From Candidatus Latescibacterota bacterium (GTDB taxonomy: Bacteria; Latescibacterota; UBA2968; UBA8231), in NCBI GenBank assembly GCA_965200315.1, contig OZ241362.1, forward strand, positions 4,064,001 to 4,128,000: 64,000 bases of DNA, given 5' to 3'. Every line of letters begins with the position of its first letter. The first letter of the stretch is position 1. Positions 63,518 to 64,000 of this stretch are shown piece after piece. The notes below the pieces were generated by a model. It searched no databases. It saw only the letters and a list, made by a program, of their open reading frames with translations, and had not been told where the DNA came from. The translations under genes were made by a program, and so were the position numbers.

Positions 63518-64000
63518 TCAATCCGCGAAACCAATCAGTCGGTCGGTTTCCTTGGAGAAAAAGTCCCGGTATCCTGCTGGCGCGTCCTGTAGGTTGCCGT
63601 GTTCGTCCAAGGTCATGTTGTGAATCGCAACGGCGTTTCCTTTCGGCGTCGGCTCGAAGTACAGGATGGACACGTCCTCATGCTTCAAAATCCGTTTTCT
63701 GACGGAGATGCGAACGCGATCGACAATGTAGTCGCTGTGGGTCTCGATTAAGAATCGGTTACCGCGTTTTTTGAACGACTCAACTAGCAGACTGGCTAGT
63801 TCTGCCTGCCCCCGAGGGTGAAGGTGGACCTCTGGTTGCTGAAGCAAAAACGTCCGCTCCGAAGGGCGGCCTCGGCCTGCGGCCAGCACGTCGACCAAAA
63901 TTGGCAGGCTCTGGCTGACACCGTAGCCCACGTCCATGATGTTCGCCTGCGGTCCTGATCGAACTTTTACCTGCAACTGGAACGGGTCGCTCATCTGTTT
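63518..64000 (-). CDS. AAA_21/ABC-type defence-associated ATPase with DUF3696-like tail (partial)
   Basis: DVGYGVSQSLP signature, QQPEVHLHP Walker B/D-loop, IETHS H-loop; runs off the window end. Confidence 0.85.
   Translation of the reverse strand, partial: KQMSDPFQLQVKVRSGPQANIMDVGYGVSQSLPILVDVLAAGRGRPSERTFLLQQPEVHLHPRGQAELASLLVESFKKRGNRFLIETHSDYIVDRVRISVRKRILKHEDVSILYFEPTPKGNAVAIHNMTLDEHGNLQDAPAGYRDFFSKETDRLIGFAD

Overview
GC-rich (roughly 60%+ by eye) bacterial chromosomal window, mostly housekeeping. It contains an M16 peptidase (partial), tRNA-Met(CAT), a complete F1Fo ATP synthase operon directly downstream of a complete Na+-NQR operon (nqrABCDEF+nqrM), bioB and bioFHCDA, panB, an alanine:cation symporter, aceEF-lpdA, an Slt transglycosylase, mutY, catabolic dehydrogenases, hemA/ccsA, moeA and an anaerobic sulfatase maturase. 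The right end is a decaying defence/TA island. The lineage is inferred, not proven, to be a marine, possibly host-associated bacterium resembling Latescibacterota or Poribacteria. Most notable observations: (1) an intact redoxin plus cytochrome-c/PHM-type dicopper monooxygenase/TPR lipoprotein pair; (2) the same 11-N7-11 palindrome 17-18 bp upstream of two separate, internally deleted AAA-DUF4143 genes; (3) about a dozen gene scars left by deletions (collagenase, Rad52/Sak, RAYT, steroid reductase, CocE, HigA, PD-(D/E)XK, PIN-like); (4) apparent CCWGG depletion with CCAAG/CTTGG/CCTAG excess; (5) a Tat-exported DmpA paired with a catalytically dead paralog; (6) a C-terminal SWGQIK sorting-like motif. 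No CRISPR array, rRNA or intact mobile element was seen. All product calls come from motif recognition by eye; no database searches were run.
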